DNA of 64,000 nucleotides from Prochlorococcus sp. AG-355-B23. Its GTDB lineage: Bacteria; Cyanobacteriota; Cyanobacteriia; PCC-6307; Cyanobiaceae. Location: assembly GCA_003280935.1 (NCBI GenBank), contig QCDJ01000006.1:25-64024 (forward strand), written 5' to 3'. The position numbers were made by a program, and so were the translations under genes. The notes below the pieces were generated by a model that was given only the letters and a program-made list of their open reading frames with translations, searched no databases and had not been told where the DNA came from. Below, one piece after another: positions 53,103-62,585 of this stretch (its first letter is position 1; each line of letters starts with the position of its first letter).

Positions 53103-53249
53103 GTGTTAATTAATTCTAAATCTTTGGGTTTTATTAGGACAAAAATTTTACCTTTCGCTATCGTCTCTCTTTTTGGTATTGCTTTTCTTGCAGTTAGTGC
53201 AAGAATTTGGTTGCCTGGAGATATGTTGTCTCCTGCCCCCGTAAATTAA
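53103..53249 (+). CDS. Small (48-aa) single-TM hypothetical protein (not in ORF track)
   Basis: GTG start gives MLINSKSLGFIRTKILPFAIVSLFGIAFLAVSARIWLPGDMLSPAPVN*, a clean TM helix with a Pro-rich tail. It fills the rlmN-HEAT gap. Confidence 0.75.
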   Translation: MLINSKSLGFIRTKILPFAIVSLFGIAFLAVSARIWLPGDMLSPAPVN

Positions 53250-53266
53250 TATTTTATTTTTTCAAA

Positions 53267-54034
53267 ATGACAAAAAATAAGGATACTAATAAAGTAAGTT
53301 TAGCTGATATAGCTGTTGATCCAGATGTTTTAGCGCAAGAATTGGCCTTAGAAATTGAAGTAGATCCCTTAGAGCAAATTGATGAAGATTCTTTTTCAAA
53401 AGGATTAAATATAACTCAAGAGTGTAATGAAGCTTTAAAAATGCTTAATGGTAATAAAGAAGAAAGAATACAAGGCCTAAGAATATTTTGTGAATATAGA
53501 GATCAAAGATCTTTCCCCCTTTTGTTACCATTACTTGATCAACCTTGTCCTGTTGAAAGGATGAGTGCGGTATATGCCTTAGGTCGTAATCCGTGTCCTA
53601 AAGCGGTTGAGAAACTCGTTGGTCTTTTGGAGACTGACGATAATGCTTATGTTAGAAGAGCAACTGCATGGAGCTTAGCTAATTATGATAATCAAATTGT
53701 TTTGCAGCCATTAATAAATGCTTTGAAGAACGATGTAGCTGCAGTAAGGTTATGGTCATCTAGTTCTTTAGCTGAAATCGGAAATGCCTCTGTTGAAAAT
53801 GCTCAACTGGCAGCAGAACAACTTTTAATAAGTTTAAAAATTGATAATGAATCAGGTGTAAGAAGTAATTGTATCTGGTCATTGTGTAGATTGTATGAAA
53901 AATTAAACAATATATTTCAAGAAAGTTTCGTTGATGAATGTACCAAAATAGCTCTTTTCGATAAGGAACCCTCGGTTATGGAAGAAGCAAAAACTGCCTT
54001 GGATTCAATGGGCATGCAAGGTTTTTATAACTAA
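53267..54034 (+). CDS. PBS-lyase HEAT-repeat protein
   Basis: Repeated ERMSAVYALG, VRRATAWSLA, VRLWSSSSLA, VRSNCIWSL. Start moved to ATG 53267 because the TTG at 53207 lies inside the upstream small ORF. Confidence 0.88.
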   Translation: MTKNKDTNKVSLADIAVDPDVLAQELALEIEVDPLEQIDEDSFSKGLNITQECNEALKMLNGNKEERIQGLRIFCEYRDQRSFPLLLPLLDQPCPVERMSAVYALGRNPCPKAVEKLVGLLETDDNAYVRRATAWSLANYDNQIVLQPLINALKNDVAAVRLWSSSSLAEIGNASVENAQLAAEQLLISLKIDNESGVRSNCIWSLCRLYEKLNNIFQESFVDECTKIALFDKEPSVMEEAKTALDSMGMQGFYN

Positions 54035-54182
54035 ATAATTTAATTTTTCACACCAGAAGCTATCTAATAAATTAAATTATCAGATATTCAATATAAAAAT
54101 TAAAATTAATTAACTTGTACCAACTGAAACAAAAAATTTTCGTTATTCTATATAAAGTAAAAGTACTTAATACTTGAATTTA

Positions 54183-54398
54183 ATGCCTCAAAAAACATTA
54201 AGATTCAAAATTCATCAAGACGGTAGAGTCGAAGAGACTGTTGAGGGATTTACTGGTAACTCATGTAATGAAGCTACAAAAAATCTCGAAGACGCTCTCG
54301 GTAAAGTAACAGTTAAGAATAAAACATCTGATGCTTTCATCACTAATCATAGTGAAAACTTAACACAATTAAATAACGAATCTAATGTCACATTTTAG
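54183..54398 (+). CDS. DUF2997-like small protein
   Basis: FKIHQDGRVEETVEGFTGNSC...LEDALG. Overlaps the start of ycf35. Confidence 0.82.
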   Translation: MPQKTLRFKIHQDGRVEETVEGFTGNSCNEATKNLEDALGKVTVKNKTSDAFITNHSENLTQLNNESNVTF

Positions 54399-54777
54399 TA
54401 CGATTAAAACCCAGCTTAAAGAAGCAGAGCCATTAATTATGGCTTTAAACCATTTCGGTTATAGTATTAATAAAGAAGAAAAGTTTATAAAAGGTTATAA
54501 AGGTCAATTCACAGCAGTTGATATAAGTATGCTTTTACCTGGTGATACCCATGTTGGATTTAAATGGGATAAAAATTCTAATGCATATGAATTAGTTACT
54601 GACCTTGAACTATGGAAATTTGAGATTCCAGTAGAAAGATTTATCTCAAAAGTTACGCAAATGTATGCCTACGAAACTATTATTTCCAAAACAAAAGAGG
54701 ATGGATATCAAATCTTAGAACAAAAAAATAAAAATGATGGTTCTATTGAATTGGTCTTAACCAAGTGGGAAAACTAA
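54385..54777 (+). CDS. ycf35: Ycf35 / DUF1257 protein
   Basis: MSHFSTIKT start, GFKW, YELVTDLELW, DGSIELVL. Confidence 0.88.
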   Translation: MSHFSTIKTQLKEAEPLIMALNHFGYSINKEEKFIKGYKGQFTAVDISMLLPGDTHVGFKWDKNSNAYELVTDLELWKFEIPVERFISKVTQMYAYETIISKTKEDGYQILEQKNKNDGSIELVLTKWEN

Positions 54778-54786
54778 TGTCTAAAT

Positions 54787-55146
54787 ATGGATTTAACGGA
54801 TCCATTTCATAATACTGAAGAAAATATTGAGATTACAGGCTGGGAGCCCGTTTTAGGTGGTCAGTTAGCAGAAAAAGCTGTATGGGTTGATGAAGCTAAG
54901 TGTATTGGTTGTCAGTACTGTGTTCACGTCGCTTCAAACACTTTCACTGTTGATGAATTTCATGGTAGAAGTCGAGCTATTAGGCAAGATGGAGATAGTT
55001 CTGATGTCATACAAGAAGCAATAGATACATGCCCTGTTGATTGTATTCATTGGGTAAAATTTGAAGAATTGGATGATTTAGAGAATAGTCTCGATAGGGA
55101 TATGTTTCAAACATTTGGAAAGCCACCGAGAATGAATAAGCACTAA
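54787..55146 (+). CDS. Single-cluster 4Fe-4S ferredoxin (Fed7-like)
   Basis: WVDEAKCIGCQYC ... AIDTCPVDCIHW, located next to ycf35. Confidence 0.9.
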   Translation: MDLTDPFHNTEENIEITGWEPVLGGQLAEKAVWVDEAKCIGCQYCVHVASNTFTVDEFHGRSRAIRQDGDSSDVIQEAIDTCPVDCIHWVKFEELDDLENSLDRDMFQTFGKPPRMNKH

Positions 55147-55156
55147 TATCAAAAAG

Positions 55157-56350
55157 ATGCAATATCGTAGATTTGGTAGAACCAATCTGAAGATTCCCGT
55201 TTTATCTTTGGGTGGTATGAGATTTCAAAAAAGTTGGGATCAATTAGATTTTTCTGAGGTTTCATACGAAGAACAAAATAAAGTAGAAAAAATTTTAAAT
55301 CTAGCAAACGAATACGGATTAAGTCATGTAGAGACCGCCAAGTACTATGGAACTTCTGAGGTGCAATTAGGGATGTGTTTTAAGAATACTAAGAAGATCC
55401 CAAATATAATCCAAACAAAGATTCCACCAAGTAGTGATCCGGAAATTTTTAAGAGTGCTGTTATGTCAAGTATTGAAAAATTGCAAGTTAAAAAAATTGA
55501 TTTGTTAGCAATACATGGTATTAATACAGCTGAACATTTACAGCAGGCTATTCGAGATGGAGGTTGCATCGATATCTTGAGGGATTTTCAAAAAGAAAAT
55601 TTAATTGGATCTATTGGATTTTCAACCCATGGAAAATCTTCACTTATTGAAAAAGCCATATCAACAAACTTATTTGATTATGTAAATTTGCATTGGTATT
55701 TTATTAATCAGGAAAATACAAAGGTTATTAATTTAGCCAATAAGCATGATCTTGGGGTTTTCATAATAAGTCCCACTGATAAAGGGGGACATCTTCATAC
55801 ACCCTCAAGAAAAATGTTGGAATTTTGTAAACCACTTCATCCTATAGTTTTTAATGATCTTTTTTGCTTAAGAAATCAAAATGTCCATACTTTGAGTGTG
55901 GGTATTGCAAAAGAGACAGATTTCGCTCTGCATTTAGAAGCTGTCTCGTTATTATCAGAATCTGAGATGTATGTGCCTAAGATAATTAACAAATTAAGGC
56001 AGGAATCAATTAATTGCTTAGGTCTAGAGTGGCATCAAAATTGGAATAGAAATTTACCAAGTTGGGACTATACGCCGGGAAATATTAATATTCCTGTACT
56101 GCTTTGGCTTTCAAATTTAATTGATTGGTTGGGTATGGAAGGATATGCAAGAGCTAGATATCAATTGCTTGGTAATGGCAGCCACTGGTTCCCAGGATTC
56201 AACGCAAATTTACTAGATGTAGATGTTTCTGAAGGACAATTATTGAAAGTATTAGAAGGTCATATAAATCCAAAAAAAGTTATAAGAAAATTGAGAAATT
56301 TAAAAGAAAAGTTTGGAGATAAGAATGTTAAGAGGCTATCAAAAAAATAA
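55157..56350 (+). CDS. Aldo/keto reductase-family oxidoreductase
   Basis: YRRFGRT, LSLGGMRF, ETAKYYGTSE, IGFSTHG. Confidence 0.88.
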   Translation: MQYRRFGRTNLKIPVLSLGGMRFQKSWDQLDFSEVSYEEQNKVEKILNLANEYGLSHVETAKYYGTSEVQLGMCFKNTKKIPNIIQTKIPPSSDPEIFKSAVMSSIEKLQVKKIDLLAIHGINTAEHLQQAIRDGGCIDILRDFQKENLIGSIGFSTHGKSSLIEKAISTNLFDYVNLHWYFINQENTKVINLANKHDLGVFIISPTDKGGHLHTPSRKMLEFCKPLHPIVFNDLFCLRNQNVHTLSVGIAKETDFALHLEAVSLLSESEMYVPKIINKLRQESINCLGLEWHQNWNRNLPSWDYTPGNINIPVLLWLSNLIDWLGMEGYARARYQLLGNGSHWFPGFNANLLDVDVSEGQLLKVLEGHINPKKVIRKLRNLKEKFGDKNVKRLSKK

Positions 56351-56352
56351 TT

Positions 56353-57093
56353 TCATAATGGATTTTTTTCAGGTTTGCCAACTTTTCTTGGGTAAATTTC
56401 AGGGCATAATCTTTTTTGTTGAATAAGAATTATATTTCGGGTGCCTTTATTTCTTGGTAATTGTATCTCTTTTTTATCTTTAACTTTCCCTTCTAAAATT
56501 TCTAAAGTTTTATCTAGATTTTTGCTTTCTTTATTCGTCCATTTGCCACAATATAAAACTCCAAACCCTTCTTTTTTAAGCATTGGTAGAATATACTCTG
56601 AAACTGTTGATGGATTACTAACCGCTCTAGTTGTTGCAATATTAAAATTATTTCTCATTGACGATTGGTGGGCTAAGTTCTCAATACGATCATTGATTAC
56701 ATGAATATTGTTTTTGAAATTGATCTGTTCAACTAAAAATTTTATTGCATCTGTTTTCTTTTTCAAAGAATCAATTAGGTATATCTCAGAATTAGGATGA
56801 GTTATGGCATATGCTAAACCTGGGAATCCACAGCCTGATCCAATATCTAAAAATTTTTTTTTATCAAAATTAATATTCGTGAAAGCTTTGAATGGCCAAA
56901 TGCTATCAAAAACTTGAGATACCCAATAATCATCCCCGTCAGTTAATCTCGTGAGATTGGTTTTATTATTTAATTCTTTAATTTTAATTTGTAACTCTTG
57001 AAATAAATTTATTTCTTCTTCAGTTATTAAGGAAAGAATTTCTTCTGGAATGTCTTGTTTTTTCATTTCGTTATAAATATGAATTTTAACCAT
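56353..57093 (-). CDS. rsmG: 16S rRNA m7G527 methyltransferase (GidB)
   Basis: TNLTR, DIGSGCGFPG, IDSLKKK, TRAV, YPRKVGKP. The true start may be the downstream MKKQ. Confidence 0.95.
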   Translation of the reverse strand: MVKIHIYNEMKKQDIPEEILSLITEEEINLFQELQIKIKELNNKTNLTRLTDGDDYWVSQVFDSIWPFKAFTNINFDKKKFLDIGSGCGFPGLAYAITHPNSEIYLIDSLKKKTDAIKFLVEQINFKNNIHVINDRIENLAHQSSMRNNFNIATTRAVSNPSTVSEYILPMLKKEGFGVLYCGKWTNKESKNLDKTLEILEGKVKDKKEIQLPRNKGTRNIILIQQKRLCPEIYPRKVGKPEKNPL

Positions 57094-57155
57094 CCATTAA
57101 ATACATTCTATTTAGTAAAAATTTATTAGAATTACAATATTAATAAAAGATTATT

Positions 57156-57596
57156 TTGAAAGGGGAAACTTCCTATTACAAAATTTTAGGTGTAAATGAA
57201 AATGCTTCCAATCATGAATTAAGAAAGGCATTTTGTAAACTTTCTATTGAATTGCATCCCGATACAACTTCATTAGAAATAGACATTGCTAAAAGTAAAT
57301 TTCAAGAAGTTCTTGAAGCTTATGAACATTTAAATAATAGTAATTTAAGGAAAATATATGATGAAAAACTAAAAGAAAACTCTCGAAGTACTAATAAGAC
57401 TAACGTTTTAAATAATTTAGTAATCGATTCTAATAATCAAAATTTATTAGGAAATAGAAGACCTTTTTCGAATGGAGAATTGTTTTCGTTGTTTCTTTTA
57501 ATTATCATCATTTCTATAAGTTTAATTTGTTCAATCTTTATTGCTTCTTTTACTGGAAAAGAATTAGAGACAATACCGCTTTGGCTAATTAAATAA
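57156..57596 (+). CDS. J-domain (DnaJ-like) membrane protein
   Basis: YYKILGV, LHPD, F..V.EAY and a C-terminal TM helix. Confidence 0.9.
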   Translation: MKGETSYYKILGVNENASNHELRKAFCKLSIELHPDTTSLEIDIAKSKFQEVLEAYEHLNNSNLRKIYDEKLKENSRSTNKTNVLNNLVIDSNNQNLLGNRRPFSNGELFSLFLLIIIISISLICSIFIASFTGKELETIPLWLIK

Positions 57597-57612
57597 TTTT
57601 TTTAAAAAGTCT

Positions 57613-57870
57613 GTGAATCCCTCTAAAAAACCTATCAATCAAAATTCACTTCAATCATTGGAATTGTGGTTAACTGATTTAGGTGCTGTAAAGGATTTTA
57701 ATAATCCATCTAAATGGTATCTTTTACTTTCAAGTTGGAATGCAACTATTATTTTTGAACAAGAAGATTTAAGTGTTATTTGGGAAAGTGAAGGACAAGA
57801 AACTAAAAGACTATTTTCCTATTGCATTAATAGAGAAGATGTGGAAAATGCAATACTACAGGGACCTTAA
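57613..57870 (+). CDS. DUF3143-like conserved cyanobacterial protein
   Basis: LQSLELWL, W-rich body, ends REDVENAILQGP. Confidence 0.75.
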   Translation: MNPSKKPINQNSLQSLELWLTDLGAVKDFNNPSKWYLLLSSWNATIIFEQEDLSVIWESEGQETKRLFSYCINREDVENAILQGP

Positions 57871-57878
57871 ATTTCTAT

Positions 57879-59180
57879 CTAAAGATTTTCTAAGATATGC
57901 CTTATTATCCAGTAACTTTTTTCTAATTGATCATCGGTTAAACAGAGAGGTGGCAAGAGATAAATAACATTCCCGAGGGGTCTAATAAATAAACCTTGCT
58001 CCATTGCAAGACTCTTTATTTCTTTCCCAATATTATTGAAATAACCTTTTTTGTTCCCAATATCTAAATCGAAGGCAGCAATTGTGCCGGATACCCTTAT
58101 TTTTTTTATATAAGGTAAGTTTTTAAATTTAATTAAGTGAGATAAATGTTTTTCTTCAAATGAAAGGTATTTGTGTGGTTCTTTTTCTAATAAATCAAGG
58201 CTAGCATTTGCCGCAGCACAACCTAAAGGATTAGCAGTAAAACTATGTCCATGCCAAAAAGTTTTTCTTGGGGAATCATCAATAAAGGATTGAAAAATTT
58301 TTTCTTTACATAAAGTTATTCCCATTGGTAAAAATCCACCAGTTAAGCCTTTTGAAATACTTATTAAATCAGGAACGATTTTTGCCTTTTGAAACGCAAA
58401 AAGACTGCCACATCTTCCAAACCCAGTCAAAACTTCATCAGCAATTAACAAAGAATTATTATTTTTTATAATTTCTGAAACTTTTTTTATAAACTGAGGC
58501 CTAACCATATTCATTCCTCCTGCTCCTTGAACAAGTGGCTCAAGGATTACTGCAACTGTGGGAGTTTTAAGTAGAGTGTCTAATTTTTGGATCGCCTCAT
58601 TTTCTTTATTTTCTACTTCTTCATCGTTCATCCAAGTTGAAGGCCAGGGGACTCTCCTAACTGGGAACATAAGATTATCGAAATTCTCATTAAAAATATT
58701 TCTTTCACCTAAAGCCATTGCTCCAAATGTATCGCCATGATAGGCGCCATCAAAAGCTACTATTTGATTTCTTGTCTCTCCTCTATTTTGCCATGATTGG
58801 AAGGCAATTTTTAAAGCGACTTCCACTGCAGTAGAACCGTTATCAGAAAAGAATAATCTTTCTAGTTTTGTTAATTTACTAAGTCTTTCCGCCAATTTTT
58901 TTGCCTGTGGATGTAAAAAATCAGCAAATATAACTTGCTCAAGTTTTTTTGATTGATTAAAAATGGCATCCGCAATATATTCGTTACTATGACCATGAAG
59001 AGTTACCCACCAACTACTAATTGCATCTATTAGCTCTTTTTTAGGATTTTTAGTAAATATGAGGGCATCCCTACCATGAGTTACTTCTATTTGCGGTTTG
59101 CTGTTATTGATTTGTGTAAAAGGTGGCCAAATATTTGGGTGCCAATACTGATTTGGAGTTTTTGAATCCAAAGATTTCAT
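57879..59180 (-). CDS. bioA: DAPA (7,8-diaminononanoate) aminotransferase
   Basis: IWPPFTQ, SSWWVTLHGH, GSTAVEVALK, YHGDT, DEVLTGFGR, SKGLTGG. Confidence 0.96.
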   Translation of the reverse strand: MKSLDSKTPNQYWHPNIWPPFTQINNSKPQIEVTHGRDALIFTKNPKKELIDAISSWWVTLHGHSNEYIADAIFNQSKKLEQVIFADFLHPQAKKLAERLSKLTKLERLFFSDNGSTAVEVALKIAFQSWQNRGETRNQIVAFDGAYHGDTFGAMALGERNIFNENFDNLMFPVRRVPWPSTWMNDEEVENKENEAIQKLDTLLKTPTVAVILEPLVQGAGGMNMVRPQFIKKVSEIIKNNNSLLIADEVLTGFGRCGSLFAFQKAKIVPDLISISKGLTGGFLPMGITLCKEKIFQSFIDDSPRKTFWHGHSFTANPLGCAAANASLDLLEKEPHKYLSFEEKHLSHLIKFKNLPYIKKIRVSGTIAAFDLDIGNKKGYFNNIGKEIKSLAMEQGLFIRPLGNVIYLLPPLCLTDDQLEKSYWIIRHILENL

Positions 59181-59846
59181 TTAACTTATTTTTGAGTTTA
59201 AAAGTGAGATCAACTTATTTTTAATTTCAAGTTCTTTCCATAGTATATCTAAATTATTTGAGTCCATTTTTTTGATGTAAGGAAATTCAGCAATTAAAGG
59301 AATACCACTAAAATCAACTAGAGTTTTTGGATTATCTAAGTGTTTTTCGCCATTGACTACTAAACCTAAAATCTCAATATTTCTTCGTTTTAAGGCCTCA
59401 ATACTAAGCAGGGTATGGTTAAGAGTGCCAAGTGAGCTCTTACATACAAGTATTACCGGAAGATTCCATTGTTTTATTTGATCTATTTGTAAAAAATTGC
59501 GTGTTATTGGAACCATTAATCCACCTGCAGTTTCTACAATTAATGAGCCTTTTACTTTTGGCAATCTCAACATATCAAAGTTAATAGTTTTTTGATCTAT
59601 TTCAGCAGCCCAATGAGGAGATAGAGGTTTTGTAAAGACATAAGCTTCTTTAATTATTTTCTCTTTACTTACTTGTGAAAGTTTTTCAACAGTTTGGCTA
59701 TCAGTTTGCGATTCAATACCACTTTGAATAGGCTTCCAATAAAAGGAATTTAATCCTTTAACGAAAAAAGAGCTTATTAAAGTTTTCCCAATATCAGTAT
59801 CTGTTCCACAAATTATAAATTTGAAAATATTTTTGTGAATACTCAT
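59181..59846 (-). CDS. bioD: Dethiobiotin synthase
   Basis: GTDTDIGKT, KPIQSG, ETAGG, LGTLNHT. Confidence 0.96.
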   Translation of the reverse strand: MSIHKNIFKFIICGTDTDIGKTLISSFFVKGLNSFYWKPIQSGIESQTDSQTVEKLSQVSKEKIIKEAYVFTKPLSPHWAAEIDQKTINFDMLRLPKVKGSLIVETAGGLMVPITRNFLQIDQIKQWNLPVILVCKSSLGTLNHTLLSIEALKRRNIEILGLVVNGEKHLDNPKTLVDFSGIPLIAEFPYIKKMDSNNLDILWKELEIKNKLISLLNSKIS

Positions 59847-60613
59847 GATTTCTTTATGATTTGAATCTCAATTTGCCATGAAAGGTTTACTGTATTATTG
59901 TAATTCTTTGGCCAAAACTTTTGAATTTCCTTTAACTCTTTCACGGTTTTGCGTTTACAGTTTGTTGATTGTGCTCCTACATTTTTTATACTTCTAAAAA
60001 GCTTATATATATCTTCAAAATTTTCAAGATAATTAAACTGTTCTGAATAATATATTTCAGTTGATTTGAAATCTTTTAATAATTCTTTAGAGCAAAGGAA
60101 ATTAAGACCACTATATTCAATATTAATTTTTTTACAAGTATCTTTCCATTCAGGGAAAGAATCTTTTGTGGGATATGAAATGATTAAAAAACCTCCAGGT
60201 GTTAATTTGCTAAACCAATTTTTTATTATCTTTTCTGGGTTGTTTAACCAATGTATGCAAAAGTTAGATGTTAATAGAGAACAGTTATTTATTTCAGAAG
60301 GTAAATCATTATTCAAATCCCATAAAATTTTTTTTCTAGATAATTTATTCTCAAGAAGCATTTTCTTGCTGAAATCAATTCTGGATACTTTTTGGGAAGA
60401 AAAATTTTTTTCTATTTCATCTGCTAATAGTCCTGGTCCTGATCCTAGATCTATCCATTCTCTTTTTTGTTGGGGATTTAATTCTTTGATAAATTGAACA
60501 ATCTTTTTTGCAAAAAATTTCTGAATATTTGAATGCTCTAAATACCGATATGCAGCATCATTGAAATTATTTTTTATTTTCTCATTCCACTTCTTACTAT
60601 CCATTTCAATCAT
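59843..60613 (-). CDS. bioC: Malonyl-ACP O-methyltransferase-like protein
   Basis: F..AA..Y, DLGSGPG, SNFCIHW, and location in the bio cluster. Confidence 0.85.
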   Translation of the reverse strand: MIEMDSKKWNEKIKNNFNDAAYRYLEHSNIQKFFAKKIVQFIKELNPQQKREWIDLGSGPGLLADEIEKNFSSQKVSRIDFSKKMLLENKLSRKKILWDLNNDLPSEINNCSLLTSNFCIHWLNNPEKIIKNWFSKLTPGGFLIISYPTKDSFPEWKDTCKKINIEYSGLNFLCSKELLKDFKSTEIYYSEQFNYLENFEDIYKLFRSIKNVGAQSTNCKRKTVKELKEIQKFWPKNYNNTVNLSWQIEIQIIKKS

Positions 60614-61310
60614 TAAGTGTATTAAGTAAGATCTCGTATAAATTTAAATTATTCAAGCAATGACCTTGTTGAGCTAATTTAATTAAAATTGGTTTCCTAT
60701 CAAGTGTTTTATTTAAGGAATCTAAAAAGTTATTATTTGATTCGTTGTCTAGAATCAAATCGTTTTCTGATTTTATAAAAATAATTTTGCAATCTTTTCT
60801 TAAAAATACTGGAAAATCTCTATTGATGTAAAGTTGTTTTAAATCACTTAAAAGAAGAGTTTTATTTAAACTCTCTAGACTTTTATAAAAGATATTTTTA
60901 AAACTATTATTCATATGATTTGGCATAAATGATCTATTTATAAATTCTTTCAACATATCCTTATGTTCATCTTTTATGATTTTTGTTTCCATTCTTTTCA
61001 GAGACCTCAAAATAAAGTTTCTCTTATAACTTAAAGGAAGAAAATTATTAAAAGAATTTATAAGAACAATATGAGTTGCTTCATTTAAAATGTTTTTTTG
61101 CATTAAATGAAAACCAAATGAATGGCATAAAGTCATTCTGATTTCTTTTTTAGATTCGCTTTTAATCCATTTTGATTGATAATTATTTGTCGAAAAATAG
61201 CCCCTTTCATTATCTTGCCAATGCCAATTATTATTTAAAAAATCAACTTTATAATCATCCCAGAAATATTTATTTAGTCCCCACCCATGTTGAGTAATAA
61301 TTTGTTTCAT
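60606..61310 (-). CDS. bioK: Alpha/beta hydrolase at the BioH position (cyanobacterial BioK-type pimeloyl-ACP methyl esterase)
   Basis: HGWG, CHSFG (nucleophile Ser), DLIL, GH. Lies between bioF and bioC. Confidence 0.75.
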   Translation of the reverse strand: MKQIITQHGWGLNKYFWDDYKVDFLNNNWHWQDNERGYFSTNNYQSKWIKSESKKEIRMTLCHSFGFHLMQKNILNEATHIVLINSFNNFLPLSYKRNFILRSLKRMETKIIKDEHKDMLKEFINRSFMPNHMNNSFKNIFYKSLESLNKTLLLSDLKQLYINRDFPVFLRKDCKIIFIKSENDLILDNESNNNFLDSLNKTLDRKPILIKLAQQGHCLNNLNLYEILLNTLND

Positions 61311-62446
61311 TTAAACTCTTTTAATACTGCAATGAAGTTCTTTAGCAAATTAAAATCTAAGTTTCTTCGTATTGTTATTCTGATTCTTGATTGCCCCACT
61401 GGAACAGTTGGAGGTCTTATTGCAATTGCTAAAAACCCATTTTCTTCGAGATATTTTTGTAGATAAATTGCCTTCTCTTCTTGGCCAATAATAATTGACA
61501 AAATGTGAGAATCTCCCTGAACTGGAAAACTTAGACTTTTAATAATTTCATTTTTCCATACATTCGCAGAAGATAATAAATCATTACCCCATTCTTTATT
61601 TTCTAAAATTTTTTTTAAACCTTCTAGCGCCCCAGCAGCTAAAGATGGCGCAAGTGCGGTTGTATATCTAAATGCACCACTTGTTTGAATAAGATATTCT
61701 CCAATTTCTGAATTGGAAGCTATAAAAGCTCCACCGCTCCCAAATGCTTTTCCAAAAGTTCCAGTAATCATAGTTATATCTGAACGACAAATAAAACTTA
61801 AACCCCTGCCTTCAGGGCCCAAGATTCCAATTGCATGAGCTTCGTCAACTAATAATTGAACACTATTTTTCTTGCAAATTTCCGTTATTTCTTTGAGCGG
61901 AGCAATCGATCCCTCCATGCTATAAAGAGATTCAACAACAACTAAAATGGAATTTTTTTTAGGGTTAGATTTAATAATTTTATCTTCTAAATCTTTTAAA
62001 TTATTGTGTGCAAATCGAACCAGTTTTGCTTGAGCAGCTTTGACTCCAACTAATAAAGAGTTATGGATCAATTTATCTGCTATTACTATACTATTTCTGT
62101 TTGCTAAAGCCTGGATAGCGGCTATATTTGCTTGAAATCCGCTTGGGAAAAGTAACACTTTTTGTTGATCAAGCCACTTGGCAAGTTCTGTTTCTAATAA
62201 TTTATGTATTGGTCTTGAACCTGTAATAAACCTAGAGCTTCCTGAACCAATACCTTCTAACAAGCTTATTTCGTAAGCAGCTTTTATTAAATCCTTATCC
62301 CTACTTAATCCAAAATAATCATTACTGCATAAGTCTATAAGTTTTTTATTTTGCGAATTTAAACTTAGAAGTTCGAATGATTTTTTACCTAAAGAAAATG
62401 TTTTTAATTTACGGATTCTATTTTTTGGAATTTTTATTTTTTTCAT
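61307..62446 (-). CDS. bioF: 8-amino-7-oxononanoate synthase
   Basis: SNDYFGL, GSGSSR, HNSL, ESLYSMEG, DEAHA, TFGKAFG, IRPPTVP. Confidence 0.96.
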   Translation of the reverse strand: MKKIKIPKNRIRKLKTFSLGKKSFELLSLNSQNKKLIDLCSNDYFGLSRDKDLIKAAYEISLLEGIGSGSSRFITGSRPIHKLLETELAKWLDQQKVLLFPSGFQANIAAIQALANRNSIVIADKLIHNSLLVGVKAAQAKLVRFAHNNLKDLEDKIIKSNPKKNSILVVVESLYSMEGSIAPLKEITEICKKNSVQLLVDEAHAIGILGPEGRGLSFICRSDITMITGTFGKAFGSGGAFIASNSEIGEYLIQTSGAFRYTTALAPSLAAGALEGLKKILENKEWGNDLLSSANVWKNEIIKSLSFPVQGDSHILSIIIGQEEKAIYLQKYLEENGFLAIAIRPPTVPVGQSRIRITIRRNLDFNLLKNFIAVLKEFK

Positions 62447-62585
62447 TTTGACAAAATAAAATATAATGGATTTAATTAAAAAGATTTAGATTTACTATTA
62501 AAGTTTGCAAGGTATTTTTTGTTTATTAATATCTATATAGATCATATATTAAGAAGTTAACTCATCCTCTCTTCAATCACAATTA

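Noticed and set aside
53207-53266. ORF-track N-terminal extension of the HEAT-repeat protein
   Set aside because: It overlaps the better-supported 48-aa ORF in another frame. ATG 53267 is the more plausible start.
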